This document shows, in pieces, positions 12,635 to 24,771 of a stretch of 64,000 nt of DNA (the stretch's first letter is position 1; each line of letters begins with the position of its first letter). This stretch comes from Octopus vulgaris. Lineage: Eukaryota. A program made the position numbers and the translations under genes. The notes under the pieces were generated by a model. The model did no database searches and had not been told where the DNA came from. It saw only the letters and a list, made by a program, of their open reading frames with translations. The DNA lies in contig OX597823.1 of assembly GCA_951406725.2 (NCBI GenBank), positions 38,812,001 to 38,876,000 on the forward strand, in the 5' to 3' direction.

Positions 12635-13923
12635 CCACAACAAGGAATATAATAAGCACAAAACTACACAGCCAAATGGTTAAGTGCCAAACTCACAACC
12701 CAGGGTTCAATGATATAAATCCTGGCAACTCTCATTTCATAGCTTCATTCTTATTAATTCTATTAACAAATTTAGTACTCCTTTCAGTTATATATTTTCC
12801 ATGAAACTTTAGCTGGGTTATTTTTTCTCACAAGCTCAATGACATTTCCTATTACAACCACAATATAATTTATGTCAATAATTTCTGTATTTAACTAAAG
12901 ACCAAACATAAATATTTGTCTCATGCCACCAAAATAATCTCCCACACAATATATCACTGGCATTTAAGAAAGCGGTACCACCTTACATTAAATTGTCTAC
13001 TTCCTCTTCAAAAGCTTTCCTGTAATAACCTTTCTTTATCATTTAAATGAAGACAAAATATCCTTATTTCTCTTTCAACTTCATTATCGAAGTAAAGTTC
13101 ATTAAATTGTGATTCTAAAAATCAATTACCAAATTTTCAAACTAACAAAAATAAGAAATGTAATGAAATTTATTTTTTAAAAAAAAGGTCAAATAACTGC
13201 TTGAAGGAATTGGTTAAATTCTACAATTATGTCAAGAAAACTTTATCAGTTTCAGTCTCATGCTATAATCACACAAACACTTACACATGTGTGTACACAG
13301 ATCTTATTGTCTACATTCAATACAATCTGAAGTAACATGAAGCCAACATTTTTTGAAACCTGATAGAAGCCCTTCTGGTTTTGCACACTGCATCAGCTCA
13401 GTGCTCTACCAACCAATAAATCCACTCCCATTCCCAAACCCTAACACAACTGCTGCCACCCCTTCTACACTGAAGAGAGTTACATTCAGTTATGCTTACT
13501 GCAAGGTAGAACATTCCTTATCTGTAATGTTTTTGTTCCAAGTCTACATAATCAATCTAAATTTTGCAAGGAGAAAGCAACATGAATATGAATATCTAGG
13601 AATAAGAATAGAAAGAAGGAGGAGGAGGAGGAGGAAAAAGAAAAATTAGATGAAGGAACACAGGGTAAAAAGGATAACTCAGAAACTGTAGAAGGTAAGG
13701 AAAAAAGAAAATTGAAAAATGGGGAAATAAATGAAGAACATGAAAAAAATGGAGGAAAATGAAAGAAAAATAATATATGTAAGGAATAAGAAAAAAAAGT
13801 AGAAGGTGGGGTGCACAACAGACAGAGAAGAAGAGAAAAGAAATCAACGGAAGAGATAAATAGAGAGTTTAAGAAAGATGCTTGGTGCCCCACCAGTAAA
13901 ACTAGAGGTGGGCTGGGAAACTT

Positions 13924-14070
<147 letters not shown>

Positions 14071-14567
14071 CATATCATTTACTCTCACAGCTATTTTCTT
14101 CCATAACTGATTCAGCATTTGAGATAGGATTTACTTGATAAGAAGTTTTCCTTTTGCATCAGAACACCCCAACCTAACAGTAGCAGCAGCAGCCAGTAAA
14201 ACTTCTTTTTCCATCTTGCATTTTTTTCCCCTTACAGAAAAGCATAAGTGTATGCACTTAAATTTACTTTTGTTTAACTTGGATGATATTGGTGTGTGAA
14301 AGGATTTAAGAGTATGCATAAGAATGCACAAGTGTGAACATATGTGAACAATTTATGCATCAATTGGAAAGAAGATCATTAAACGGTGATCTGTGCATGT
14401 ATATATATATATATGCATACATACAAGTATATTAATATAGTCAGGAGATAATTCTTGTGGTGTTCAGAGGTATGATAAAACAAACATATGTACTGAAACA
14501 AACATGCGGTAACACACACACATACACACTTCTTTTAGCACATATATTTGTTTTATCATACGTGGTC

Positions 14568-14845
14568 GTTGCCATCCTTGCCTGGCCCCCGTGCCGGTGG
14601 CACGTAAAAAGCACCATCCGATCGTGGCCGTTTGCCAGCCTCGTCTGGCACCTGTGCCGGTGGCACGTAAAAAGCACCCACTACACTCACGAGTGGTCGG
14701 CGTTAGGAAGGGCATCCAGCCGTAGAAACATTGCCAGATCAGACTGGGCCTGGTGCAGCCTTCTGGCTTCCCAGACCCCAGTTGAACCGTCCAACCCATG
14801 CTAGCATGAAAAGCGGATACTAAACGATGATGATGATGATGATGA
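14568..14845 (+). mobile_element. RTE LINE 3' UTR fragment, young and CpG-rich
   Basis: Two internal gtgccggtggcacgtaaaaagcacc repeats, then ggcgttaggaagggcatccagc..ccaacccatgctagcatg and a (GAT)n tail. Confidence 0.8.
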
Positions 14846-15558
14846 TACTTCTGTACACCACAAGAATCATCTCCCATCCTGAAAATCACATGCTATCACA
14901 CACACACACAACTGCGACCAATCCCCTACTTCTGATAATATCCTCTCAACCTTCTTCCTATTCCTTCATTTAATAATCTTCATGCCTTCAAACACTTGGC
15001 CTGGATCTTTCTGGATAACTCTTCAAAGTTTGTTTTAATTTCATTTTGTACAACACCGCATCAGTTAGTCCCCATCACCACTAAGATCCTGTCTCACCTT
15101 TCAGTTTGTTCAGGCAAGTTTGATCAGCTTGTTCAAACAAGAATTAATTGCCATTCTCATTTCTAACTCTGTCACTCAGGCCATGTCAATATATATTCCT
15201 CCATTTTCCTTCATTGACCCATCGAGTTGTTTATTTTTTATTTCCTTCAACTTTGCTCAGGGTAAATCTTTCACTGAGCTGCCTCCAATCAGCTGGGAAT
15301 AACTGCCAGAACAAGCAAATGACTGAAGAGGTCAAAGAATTTAAGAAAATAAGATTATTTGTATTCCTCTTTCTTTCTAACTAACACCTGCCACCTTTTA
15401 TCTGTCCCTCTCTCTCTCTCTCTCTCTCTCAATGTTTTCTTTATATCACAACCTTACAGAAAAAAATTACTAAAATGTTTAAAAAAGCTTTATTGTTATT
15501 TATGCTTGTGAAATCTGTACTGAATGACTTTTGTAAAAACGTATCATTGGTGCAGTGA

Positions 15559-15618
15559 TTAAATCCACTCCTGTTTATAATGTTGCTCATTTTTACTCAT
15601 GTTCGTTTCCTTTAAAAT
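15559..15618 (-). CDS. Candidate terminal coding exon of an unidentified gene (ILKETNMSKNEQHYKQEWI*)
   Basis: Strong minus-strand acceptor tttgtctttctgtctccatcattaacttatttcag, a 19-codon phase-0 ORF, and AATAAA about 65 nt after the stop (15489-15494). No homologue recognised; the frame is assumed. Confidence 0.3.
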   Translation of the reverse strand: MLKETNMSKNEQHYKQEWI

Positions 15619-16199
15619 CTGAAATAAGTTAATGATGGAGACAGAAAGACAAAAATGCAAGATTATCTGAGGCAACAGCAAACAGTGATACAAAGGAACG
15701 ATAACTAAAGGCTTGCATATTTGTTGCAGACAAGCATGTACAACCAATATTGTCAATTACCATGTGCTACTGCAAACTCATTTATAAGATGAAACTTCTT
15801 GCAAGTAGCACGAAAGAATGGCGATTAAACAGAAAAAAAATAATGAATAGATAAACAAAGAGAAATTACGAAAAAAAGAAAGTAAACTGAAGTGAGCAAA
15901 TTTTGGCCAGTTAGCAGTGTTTACTAATGAGACATTCTGTACTAAATTAAGCCAAGATAACATTGTGACTTTGGTTTCAAAAACAGAGTTGTTTACATAC
16001 TCAAAGACTAATGTCAAAATTAAAAGTACTTTGTGACTAATGAAGCACTATAAGTAGGTAGGAAGCCAACAAGACAACCAATAGTCACAATCATTGTATA
16101 CTTTAGGAATGACACCAGACAACAGCCAACATTTTAGCAATTTTTTTCTAATGTGGGGTCGTGATATAAAGAAAACAGTGAGAGAGGACTATTTATAGT

Positions 16200-16600
16200 A
16201 TCATCATCATCATTTTATCATGCACTTCTCCATGCTTGCATGGGTTGGATGGAGTTTATTGGAGATTTTCTTTGGCTGGATGCCCTTCCATTTGCCAACC
16301 TTCACCTGTTCCCAAGCAAAGTAACTTTTATCATGGCCAAACATATTTTTGCAGAATATCGGAAATGAATGATACTGCTTGTATGACAGTGACACTGACT
16401 CACAAATACAACGCAATGCCAAGACAGGGATACACACATGTTACTTTTCTTTCAGTTTCCATCTATCAAATCTACTCATAAGGATTTAGTAGGTCTGAAG
16501 CAAATAGTGAAGACACTTGCCCTAGGTGCCACACAAAGGGACTGAGCCCACAAACATGTGGTTGGGAAACAAACTTTCTTGACCACAAAGCCACACCTAT
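16200..16600 (-). mobile_element. RTE-tailed family-A SINE
   Basis: (CAT)n..ctccatgcttgcatgggttggatgg tail joined to the family-A head gaagacacttgccctaggtgccacac..gggactgagccc. Confidence 0.75.
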
Positions 16601-16669
16601 GGTTCATCAAAAGCCTTGTGAAAAATTCAAATAGTAACTTCTTTCTCTGCACACCATATCATATAATTT

Positions 16670-16979
16670 ATTTTATTCTTTTACTCTTTCAATTGTTTCA
16701 CTCATTCAAAATTTTAGTTGAATGAATTGATCCGAGTACTTTTTTTTTTAAAGCCTACTGCTTATTCTCTTGGTCTCTTTTACCAAACTGCTAAGTCACA
16801 AGGATGTAAACAACCTAACAGCAGTTGTCAAACAATGGTGGGGAACAAAGACACAGAGACACATACACACACACACACACAATAAGCTTCTTTCAGCTTC
16901 CATCTACCAAATCCACTCACAAGGCTTTGGTCAGCCTAAGGCCACAGTAGAAGACACTTGCCCAAGATGCCACACAGTG
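16670..16979 (-). mobile_element. Family-A SINE, head truncated at an inverted repeat
   Basis: ccaaactgctaagtcac..tctaccaaatccactcacaaggctttggtc..gaagacacttgcccaagatgccacacagtg. Confidence 0.8.
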
Positions 16980-17504
16980 TTTTAACACCAACCAATCTTC
17001 ACAGTGTTTGAGAAGCACTTACTGTGAAGATTGTTTGGTGTTAAAATCTAAACTAATGAGAGTATGTGACCAGGAACTAGACTAATGTGATTTCAAACTA
17101 TAACTGCATCATTATCCTTCAATTAGGTGTCAAAAGAAGCTTAAGAACATATTGTTATGTACAGAATGTGATGATAAATTTAACAACTTCAACTAAGGTT
17201 AATTATTTTGTTCACCACACACCAGCTATCATAGCATGACTAAGCATGTTTATATACTCATAAAGAGATTACAATGTAAATATTAGTTTATATCTGCATC
17301 TTGTTGTATATCTTGTTTAATCTTTCCACTTCAGTTATGTCCAACATGAGGAAATTACATCAAGTCAGTTGTTAAACCTAAAGGAAAGTCACTCCAACTG
17401 GTAGATCACAGATAAATATTCATGATAGTGGAATTTATAATACTATGCATGCATATGTGTGTGTATATATGTGTATATATATATGAAAATTGAAGGTCAG
17501 ATGC

Positions 17505-17537
<33 letters not shown>

Positions 17538-17879
17538 ATACATATATACATGTTGAAAATCAGATACCAAGTATAAGTTTTCAAGGTGTGAGGAAATTAC
17601 ACGAGATTTCAGACATGTTTTTTTAATTTTTATTTTGTGATAAAGTCAATTTGTCCCAACACTACAAAGAGATAGAATATTTCTTCAATGTTAATGAAAA
17701 AAAAAATACATATGAGGTATGGATGGGATTGAGTGTGCAAAAAACACAAAGCAAGACTAATGTTAAAAATAATAATGTTAATATACTTATAGATCACTTT
17801 TTTTAACCAGACTATCAGATGACTTTCTACATTACTGATCACAATGTGCTACCATAATTCCCTTGAGAGTACCTTTCTC

Positions 17880-18410
17880 TTCTGCTTGGGCCCTCACTGT
17901 TACATTATATCATTTCCTATCATCTTGGAAATTTTATGCATGGTCTGTCCTGATCTCTTAGATACCATTCAACAACTGCACAAGTCCACTTGTTTGTCAG
18001 CCTTCCAACATGTCCAACCCAGCGGAACTTGTATTTTTGGTATTTCATGATTAAACCAATCACTCCACCCATTTTCAAATTACCTTGTTTCAGATATGCT
18101 CCCCAAATGGTATTCCTAACATGGATCTTTCCATGGCCATCTGTGCCTTAGCTCGTTGTTGTTCTTCCTTTCCACAGAAGTCTATATCTCCCTTGCATAT
18201 AAGAATGCAGGTATGACAGTGCTCTTGAAGAGATTGTCATGCAGAGTCTTGACCAGCTGTGCTTTGAACACATCTTTAATCAAAGCAAGCACCTTCCACT
18301 CAGCTCTTACTCGGTGTGAGATTTCAACATTTCTGTCTCAGCATATATTTACTCTCTGACCTAATGATGTACTCCTTTACCGCTCCGATTTCATAATTTT
18401 CTCACCACAG
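17880..18410 (-). mobile_element. RTE-1-type LINE, decayed RT C-terminal region
   Basis: Manual translation with stops and frameshifts: EISHRVRAEWKVLALIKDVF..LFKSTVIPAFLYARE..QMAMERSMLGI..KFRWVGHVGRLTNKWTCAVVEWYLRD. These are the RTE post-RT motifs. Confidence 0.75.
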
Positions 18411-18941
18411 GAGACACAATCTATAGCTTTTACTCTTTATAAATTATTTATAATATCAGGGATGATCTTACAATATTTTTTAAAAACTTGACTTGACAAT
18501 GGAGCTACTACCTTGTCTAACCTACTAAAAATAGCAGCCAAATATCCTTTATATGTCATCACAACATTACTTATTATAAAAAATTATAGGTCATACCAGA
18601 TAACAAAGTCCTATATATCTAGTGTGATTAAAAAACAGAAAAAGAAAAAGTCATGATGGTCATAACTGGAACATGAGTCTACCCAATCAGAGCTTACCTG
18701 GAATTCAACAATAACAACATTTGAAAACATAGGAACCAAATTCTGTTTAGAAGTCTAAAGGTTTGTAGGCAACAACAGTATTTCAACAATACTTCATCAT
18801 TAATACCAAGAACAATGAAACAATAAAATGAAACACTAAATTAATAAGTTTTTTTTTCATTATGTCATTAATAAATAAAAACAGGAATGTATTAGTGCTA
18901 ATGCAATTTCTTCATGTCAATAATAAAAGCTGCATTATTCA

Positions 18942-20250
18942 GGACTAGAGGAGAAATTTCAGGCGTGGAATCAAGGTCTAAAATTGAAGGGCCTTAAAAT
19001 CAATCTAGCAAAAACCAAAGTCTTAGCAAGTAGAAAGGCAGACAAACTACAAGTCTCTTCAAGCAGATGGTCCTGCTTGATCTGTAGAAAAGGCATAGAT
19101 AGAAACTCCATAAGATGTACCCATTGTAAGCTATAGACACATAAGAGTTGCAGCAATATCAAAGGAAGGTTAACTGGGAAGATAGTTTTTGTGTGTGGCA
19201 GATGCACAGGGGCAATAAACACTGAAAATGTGCAGAAAACAGCTTCCATCACATGCCAGGAGAAAAGAATCAGAAGTAGGTGATAGCTTCCATTACCTAG
19301 GTGACCAAGTCAGTAGCAGAGGTGAACACTCTGAGAATGTAGCTACTAGACTAAGTATAGCCTGGGCAAAGTTCAAAGAGCTCCTACCTCTGTCGGTAAC
19401 AAAGGGCCTCTTGTTCAAAGTGAAAGGTAGACTGTATGATGCATGTGTGCAAACGGCTATGCTACATGGAAGGGAAACATAGGCTGTGACAGCTGAGGAC
19501 ATGCATAGGTTTGAAAGAAATGAAGCTAGTATGCTCTGCTGGATGTGTAATGTCAATGTGCATACATGACAGAGTGTAAGCACTCTGAGAGAAGAGTCGA
19601 ACATAAGAAGCATCAGATGTGGTGTGCAAGAGAGACAACTGCGCTGGTATGATCATGTGTTATGTATGGATGAAAATAGCTGTGTGAAGAGTCACACCCA
19701 AACAGTGAAGGGAACCTGTGGAAGAGGTAGACCTAGGATAAGAAGGTGAAGCATAACCTTTGAACTTTGGGCCTTACAAAGGCCATGACAAGTGACCTAG
19801 ACCTTTGGAGATATGCAGTACTTGAGAAGATCCAGCAAGCCGGGTGAGATCATTGTCATGGCCTATGCCAGTGTTGCATAACTGGCCCATTTAAGAGTAC
19901 CCTTCAATCATCGAGCAATATACTGTGCTTGAGAAGACTCGTTGAGTCAAGTGAAATTGTTGTCCTCGTTGATGCCAATACTTCCCAACTGGCACCTGTA
20001 CCAGTGGCACTTAAATGGCACCATTTGAGCATGGCCAGTATTAGTGCTGCCAGACTGGCTTCTGTGCTGGTGGCACGTAAAAAGCACCCACTACACTCTT
20101 GGAATGGTTGGCGTTAGGAAGGGCATCCAGCTATAGAAACCTTGCCACATCAGATTGGAGCCTGGTACAGCCTCCTGGCTTGCCAGTCCTCAGTCAAACC
20201 ATCCACCCCATGCCAGCATGGAATGCAGATGTTAAATAATGGTGATGATT
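18942..20250 (+). mobile_element. 5'-truncated RTE-clade LINE: RT C-terminus with PHD-finger insert, plus 3' UTR
   Basis: GLKINLAKTKVL..WSCLICRKGIDRNSIRCTHCKL*THKSCSNIKGRL..FVCGRC..SFHYLGD..AWAKFKELLP..KGRLYDACVQTAMLHGRET..LRWYDHV..GRGRPR, then a 3' UTR ending ccatgccagcatggaatgcagatgttaaat..gatgat. Confidence 0.9.
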
Positions 20251-20264
20251 ATATATATATATAC

Positions 20265-21124
20265 TCGTGGGAAAAGGTCAGAGAGCTCCTACCTCTGCTG
20301 GCAACAGAGGGCCTCTCTCTCAGAGTGAAAGGCAGTTTGTATGATGCCTGTGAGTGAAGAGCTATGATATGTAGCAGTGAAACATGGGCTTAGGCTTGAA
20401 ATAAATGAAACCAGTATGCTTCGGTGGATGTTCAATGTCAGTGTGCATGTTTGACAGAGTGTAAGCATCTTGAGAGAAAAGTTACACATAAGAGGAATCA
20501 GATGTGGTGTGCAAGAGAGGCGACTGCATGGGTATGGTCATGTGATGCATATTGACAAGGACAGCCATATAAAGAAGTGCTGATCTCGAACTGTGGAGAG
20601 AACCTGTGGTAGAGGTAGACCCAGGAAGACATGGGAAGCATGATCTTCAAAATTTGAGCCTCACAGAGGCAATGACTAGTGACCGAGATCTTTGGCATTA
20701 TTCTGTGCTTGAGAAGATCCGTCAAGCCAAGTGAAATTGTAGTCATGACCACTGCTGGTGCCACCTAACTGGTACTTGTGCCAGTGACACGTAAAGAGCA
20801 CCTTTTGAGTGTTGGGCCTCATGGAGGCAAAGTGTCTGAGTTCCTTTCAAGTGTTAGGCCTTACGGAGGCAGTGACCAAGACCTTTGGTATTATGTTGAA
20901 CTTGAGAAGAAGACCCATCAAGCCAAGCAAAATCACAGTTGCAGCAGATACTGGTGTCACGCAGATGGCACCCATGCTGGTGGCATGTAAAAGCAACCGT
21001 TGGTGTTAGGAAGGGCATCCAGCTGGAGAAAACCATGCCAAATCAGACTGGTGCAGCCTTCCAGCCTCATCAAATGATCCAACCCATGCCAGCATGGACA
21101 ATGGACATTAAATGATGATGATGA
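20265..21124 (+). mobile_element. Second 5'-truncated RTE LINE, tandem to the first
   Basis: WEKVRELLPLLATEGLSLRVKGSLYDAC, ggtagaggtagacccaggaagacatgg (GRGRPRKTW), and a 3' UTR with (GAT)n tail. Confidence 0.85.
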
Positions 21125-21145
21125 TATATATATATATATATATAT

Positions 21146-21360
21146 TTGGGTCATTTCATCATGTTAAACCATTATTCCCTACACATTTTTTTCTCTCTCC
21201 ATTTTCTTGTTCTCTTTCCATTTTTTTTTACTCTCAACCCTTTCTGCTGAAGAGCATTTCGCTCGAAATGTCAAAGACATTTCCATTCTTCCCGAACATT
21301 AAACTAATAAACCGGCTTGTTGTTCCTTCACGTGTCTTCGTCTTGTTTTCTGTAAATTTG

Positions 21361-21364
<4 letters not shown>
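21146..21364 (+). mobile_element. Penelope-like pseudo-LTR repeat embedded in (TA)n
   Basis: Pyrimidine-rich unit flanked by TA runs on both sides, containing a minimal hammerhead motif. Confidence 0.55.
21240..21276 (+). ncRNA. Minimal type-I hammerhead ribozyme-like motif (variant, probably inactive)
   Basis: cttt-CTGCTGA-a-gagc(atttc)gctc-GAAA-tg-TC-aaag: stem I cttt/aaag, stem II gagc/gctc, GAAA and GUC site. Core A6 is C, and the usual acgt palindrome reads atgt. Confidence 0.5.
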
Positions 21365-21396
<32 letters not shown>

Positions 21397-21444
21397 TATG
21401 TATATATGAATCTATGTGTGGCACATACAATACTGATTGTTAGA

Positions 21445-21830
21445 GCTGTTGTTAACCTAAAGCCAACTCTGACCTAACAGACCTCTGATCAAAGAAACTC
21501 CAGCTGTTAACAAGCTATCATTTTAGGGTACCAAGGACCATTCTTTAAAGTGTCATTTTTTAAAAGTAGGTGTCGTTTGTAGGGGTTTTGACTGCTTTTT
21601 CTAGGTCTTCTTGAGAATTACTGTTACTGTTTAGTACCAGGTCAACCTTCATCAAACAAACCTATGATCAAAAGCATTCCAACTGTGACTATCTCATCTT
21701 TTTCTAATGAACAAAGTACTCAAGGCCATATTATGATCCTGAGATGCTATGCTTAGGATGGTAGGATATAATTCAAGGGAGATGTAGCTGTTGTTTCTAG
21801 CAAGTTGTGCAACCTCATAAGCTCTTTTAT
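21445..21830. mobile_element. Two degenerate copies of an old interspersed repeat (family E)
   Basis: gacctatgatcaaa..ttccagctgt..ggtagg.tgtgatttgagggagat..gctg.tatttctagca motifs recur near 35290, 42900, 48130 and 50820, and inverted near 800, 18500, 45780 and 51700. Confidence 0.55.
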
Positions 21831-23529
21831 TAGCTCAATCTTAGAGAGAATTACAGAAATACACTTCTCAACAATCTGGTATAACACAAGCTCAATTCCC
21901 AGTTATTGTTGTAACTCTATTAATTCTTCATTCAGACGTCTCCCTCTGACTGCAGTACACAACCTGGACAATGTTGGTCCCTCCCAGGCTGATCCGGCAT
22001 TTAATACAAAAGCTTTTAGTGGCTATCCAATAACCTATTAATAGTTATTGACCATTTTTATAAAGGTTGCTGCTAAATAATACCTTGTATGTCTACCATA
22101 TCCTTTTCTGGTTGTTGTGTTACTGTGTGTAGTACAAAACCAGATTCTATGTGCTGCAGTGTCACAGCTTGCTTATATACCATTATATTTTATTGCTGTA
22201 GTGTGCATTTTACACATAGTATCGATAAAACTATCAGTTTATTGTCAAGATATGGTGTGTTATCGAGTGTAAAATCTGGCTACTGCACTCAATGACATCT
22301 CCTTTTCCATTAACCATTGGCTGATATAAAGCAATACCTTGCCATAAATATCAACAAGAGAAAACACATGGTGGTCTTAAATGCCATATTTAGAAATTTA
22401 AACATTTGAGAATATGTTTAAGAAAATCATTGTTGTGGTGGTGGTGATGATGATGTTAGTAATCATTGTCATCATCATCATCATCATCATCATTTCATCC
22501 CAATTATTTTAATTTTTGTTTTACTATTCTGACAAAAATCAGATGACCTTGCAATTCCCCTGGCATGAAATAAATTATTTACAGTTTTGTTTATTTATAA
22601 AAGAAAAAAAAAATTAAAGGATATAAATACTATTGACATTGTAGGTATTGGAGAAATAAGAGTTGTAAAAACAAAACAAACAATAATGATGATAGACTAT
22701 TAAAGAAACTGAAAGGAAGGGAGAGGAACAGTTTCTTTTGGTACAGGGAAAATTGTTCAACTGTTCTTTAATATTAAATAAAAAAAAAGGACAACTAAGA
22801 TTTTAAGTTTCAAATCCTGCCACTGGCATTATATTTGTATTTCATCCTTGTCAAAAAATTCTTTCAGCACACTTAAATCTAATGCAGTGTTACAGGGGTT
22901 TTAAAAAAAAGCAGAAAAGTAATGCCAAATACCATAGATATGAACTCAGCTACATATGGTGTCAATACTCATGATCACACATATTTTAGAATTTGTTAGC
23001 AAAAAGTTACCCTTCAGTTAACACCCAACTATTGATTGGTTTCCATTTTGGTTTTCAGAAAAGACTTGAATAATTCATAACAAATTTATAAATACTCAAA
23101 TTCTCATAATAAGTGGGTGAAACAAGGGGATAAAACTATTTAAAAACTGTATTTAAAAAAAGGTAACACCATATTGCATGTAACAAGTAGTGTGTTTCAT
23201 TATACTCAATGTTGTCAAATCTCAAATATGGTTCCAAGCTAAAGATTTTAAAGAATTTATCAGATTTGACTTAATTTTATGACATCTCTTAGAAATTACA
23301 GGCAACACACTAAAATGCCACAACCTACAGTTTGTTAACATCTGCAGTATATTGTAATTTGAGGGAGATCAGGGTGTTTATTTCTAGGAGCAATCATATA
23401 GACCTTCCCTCACTGGCTCAGTGTGTTGGAGTTTAGAATCTGAAAAAAATTTATGAAAGAAGATTTATTGCTGCTGCATGTGGCTAGTGAAACTTGTTAC
23501 CTTTATGTAGTCAATAAAGAGCACCAACA

Positions 23530-23860
23530 TCATCATTGTCATCGTTGGCCTTGTTTTACACTCCATGTTCCATAGCAAGGGTTGAATGCTTTGACAAGAT
23601 CCAATGGGCCCCTGGAGTGCATCATGCTTCACTGTCTACTTGGCATGGTTTCTATAGCTGGATGTCCTTGCAACCACTTTACAGCATGTACTGGGGGCTT
23701 TTTTCATGGCACTAGCACTAGTGAGGTTGCCATACAGCTCGAAAGACTATGAGCCCTGAGGGACAAGCTTTATTCTAGGGGATAAGGGATTAATGTGTGA
23801 GAGAAAGGACCAAAGCAGAACAGGCTCTTTGCTGTTGAAGAGCTATATGACTACTCTTAT
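23530..23860 (-). mobile_element. Degenerate RTE 3' UTR fragment
   Basis: ggcatggtttctatagctggatgtccttgcaaccactttacagcatgtactgggggctttttcatggcac. Confidence 0.6.
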
Positions 23861-24496
23861 GTATGACTTAAGCTTGCATTAGTTGCAGATGGAAATAATT
23901 AATACAAATCTATTTGTGACATCATCACAGTTATTAACGTGGACTGGGAAGGTCTTCATAAAAGCTATGGTAACTTCTTATTACAAATTATTTCATTTTT
24001 AGTAAGGTCTTGTCAAATGTAAACACATTCAGTAATTTTTTTTCTGGCTTTGCATTGTTAAATGGCATTTATTCAGAACTTCATTTCTGTAAAGAAATGA
24101 CAAGAAAATAAACCACAGAATTTACAATAATAATAACAACAATGGGTCTGAAAGACAACTCCAACAACTCAACAAGACACAAATAATATACACAGTAATG
24201 ACATAGGTGTCATATAGTGATGTTGTGGCTAATATCAAGTTAATAACCAGAACAGACTGCTCAGTGAGAAACAGTAAAAAAAGTAGTAGTAATAGTATTA
24301 GTAGCAGCAGCAATAGTAGTTATAGTAACAACAATAAAAACTTACTTTGATTCCAGCAAGAACTATGTTTTTAGCTGAAAAACAAAAGAAAAGAAATATA
24401 ATTACAGGAACAATAAAGAAGCAAATTTGTGACAGGGATATACCATGAAACATGGTATACCATATATGTGGTATGATATACCATGTGATAATAATA

Positions 24497-24725
24497 ATCC
24501 TTTCTACTAAAGACACAAGGCCTGAAATTTTGGGGAAGGGAACTAGTTGATTTCATTGACCCCAGTGTTTCACAGGTACTTAATTTACTGACCCTGAAAG
24601 GATGAAAGGCAAAGTCGACCTCGGCAGAATTTAAACTCAGAACATAGTGACAGGCGAAATACTGCTAAGCATTTCGTCCAGCATGCCAATGATTCTGCCA
24701 GCTAGTCACATTAATAATAATAATA

Positions 24726-24771
<46 letters not shown>

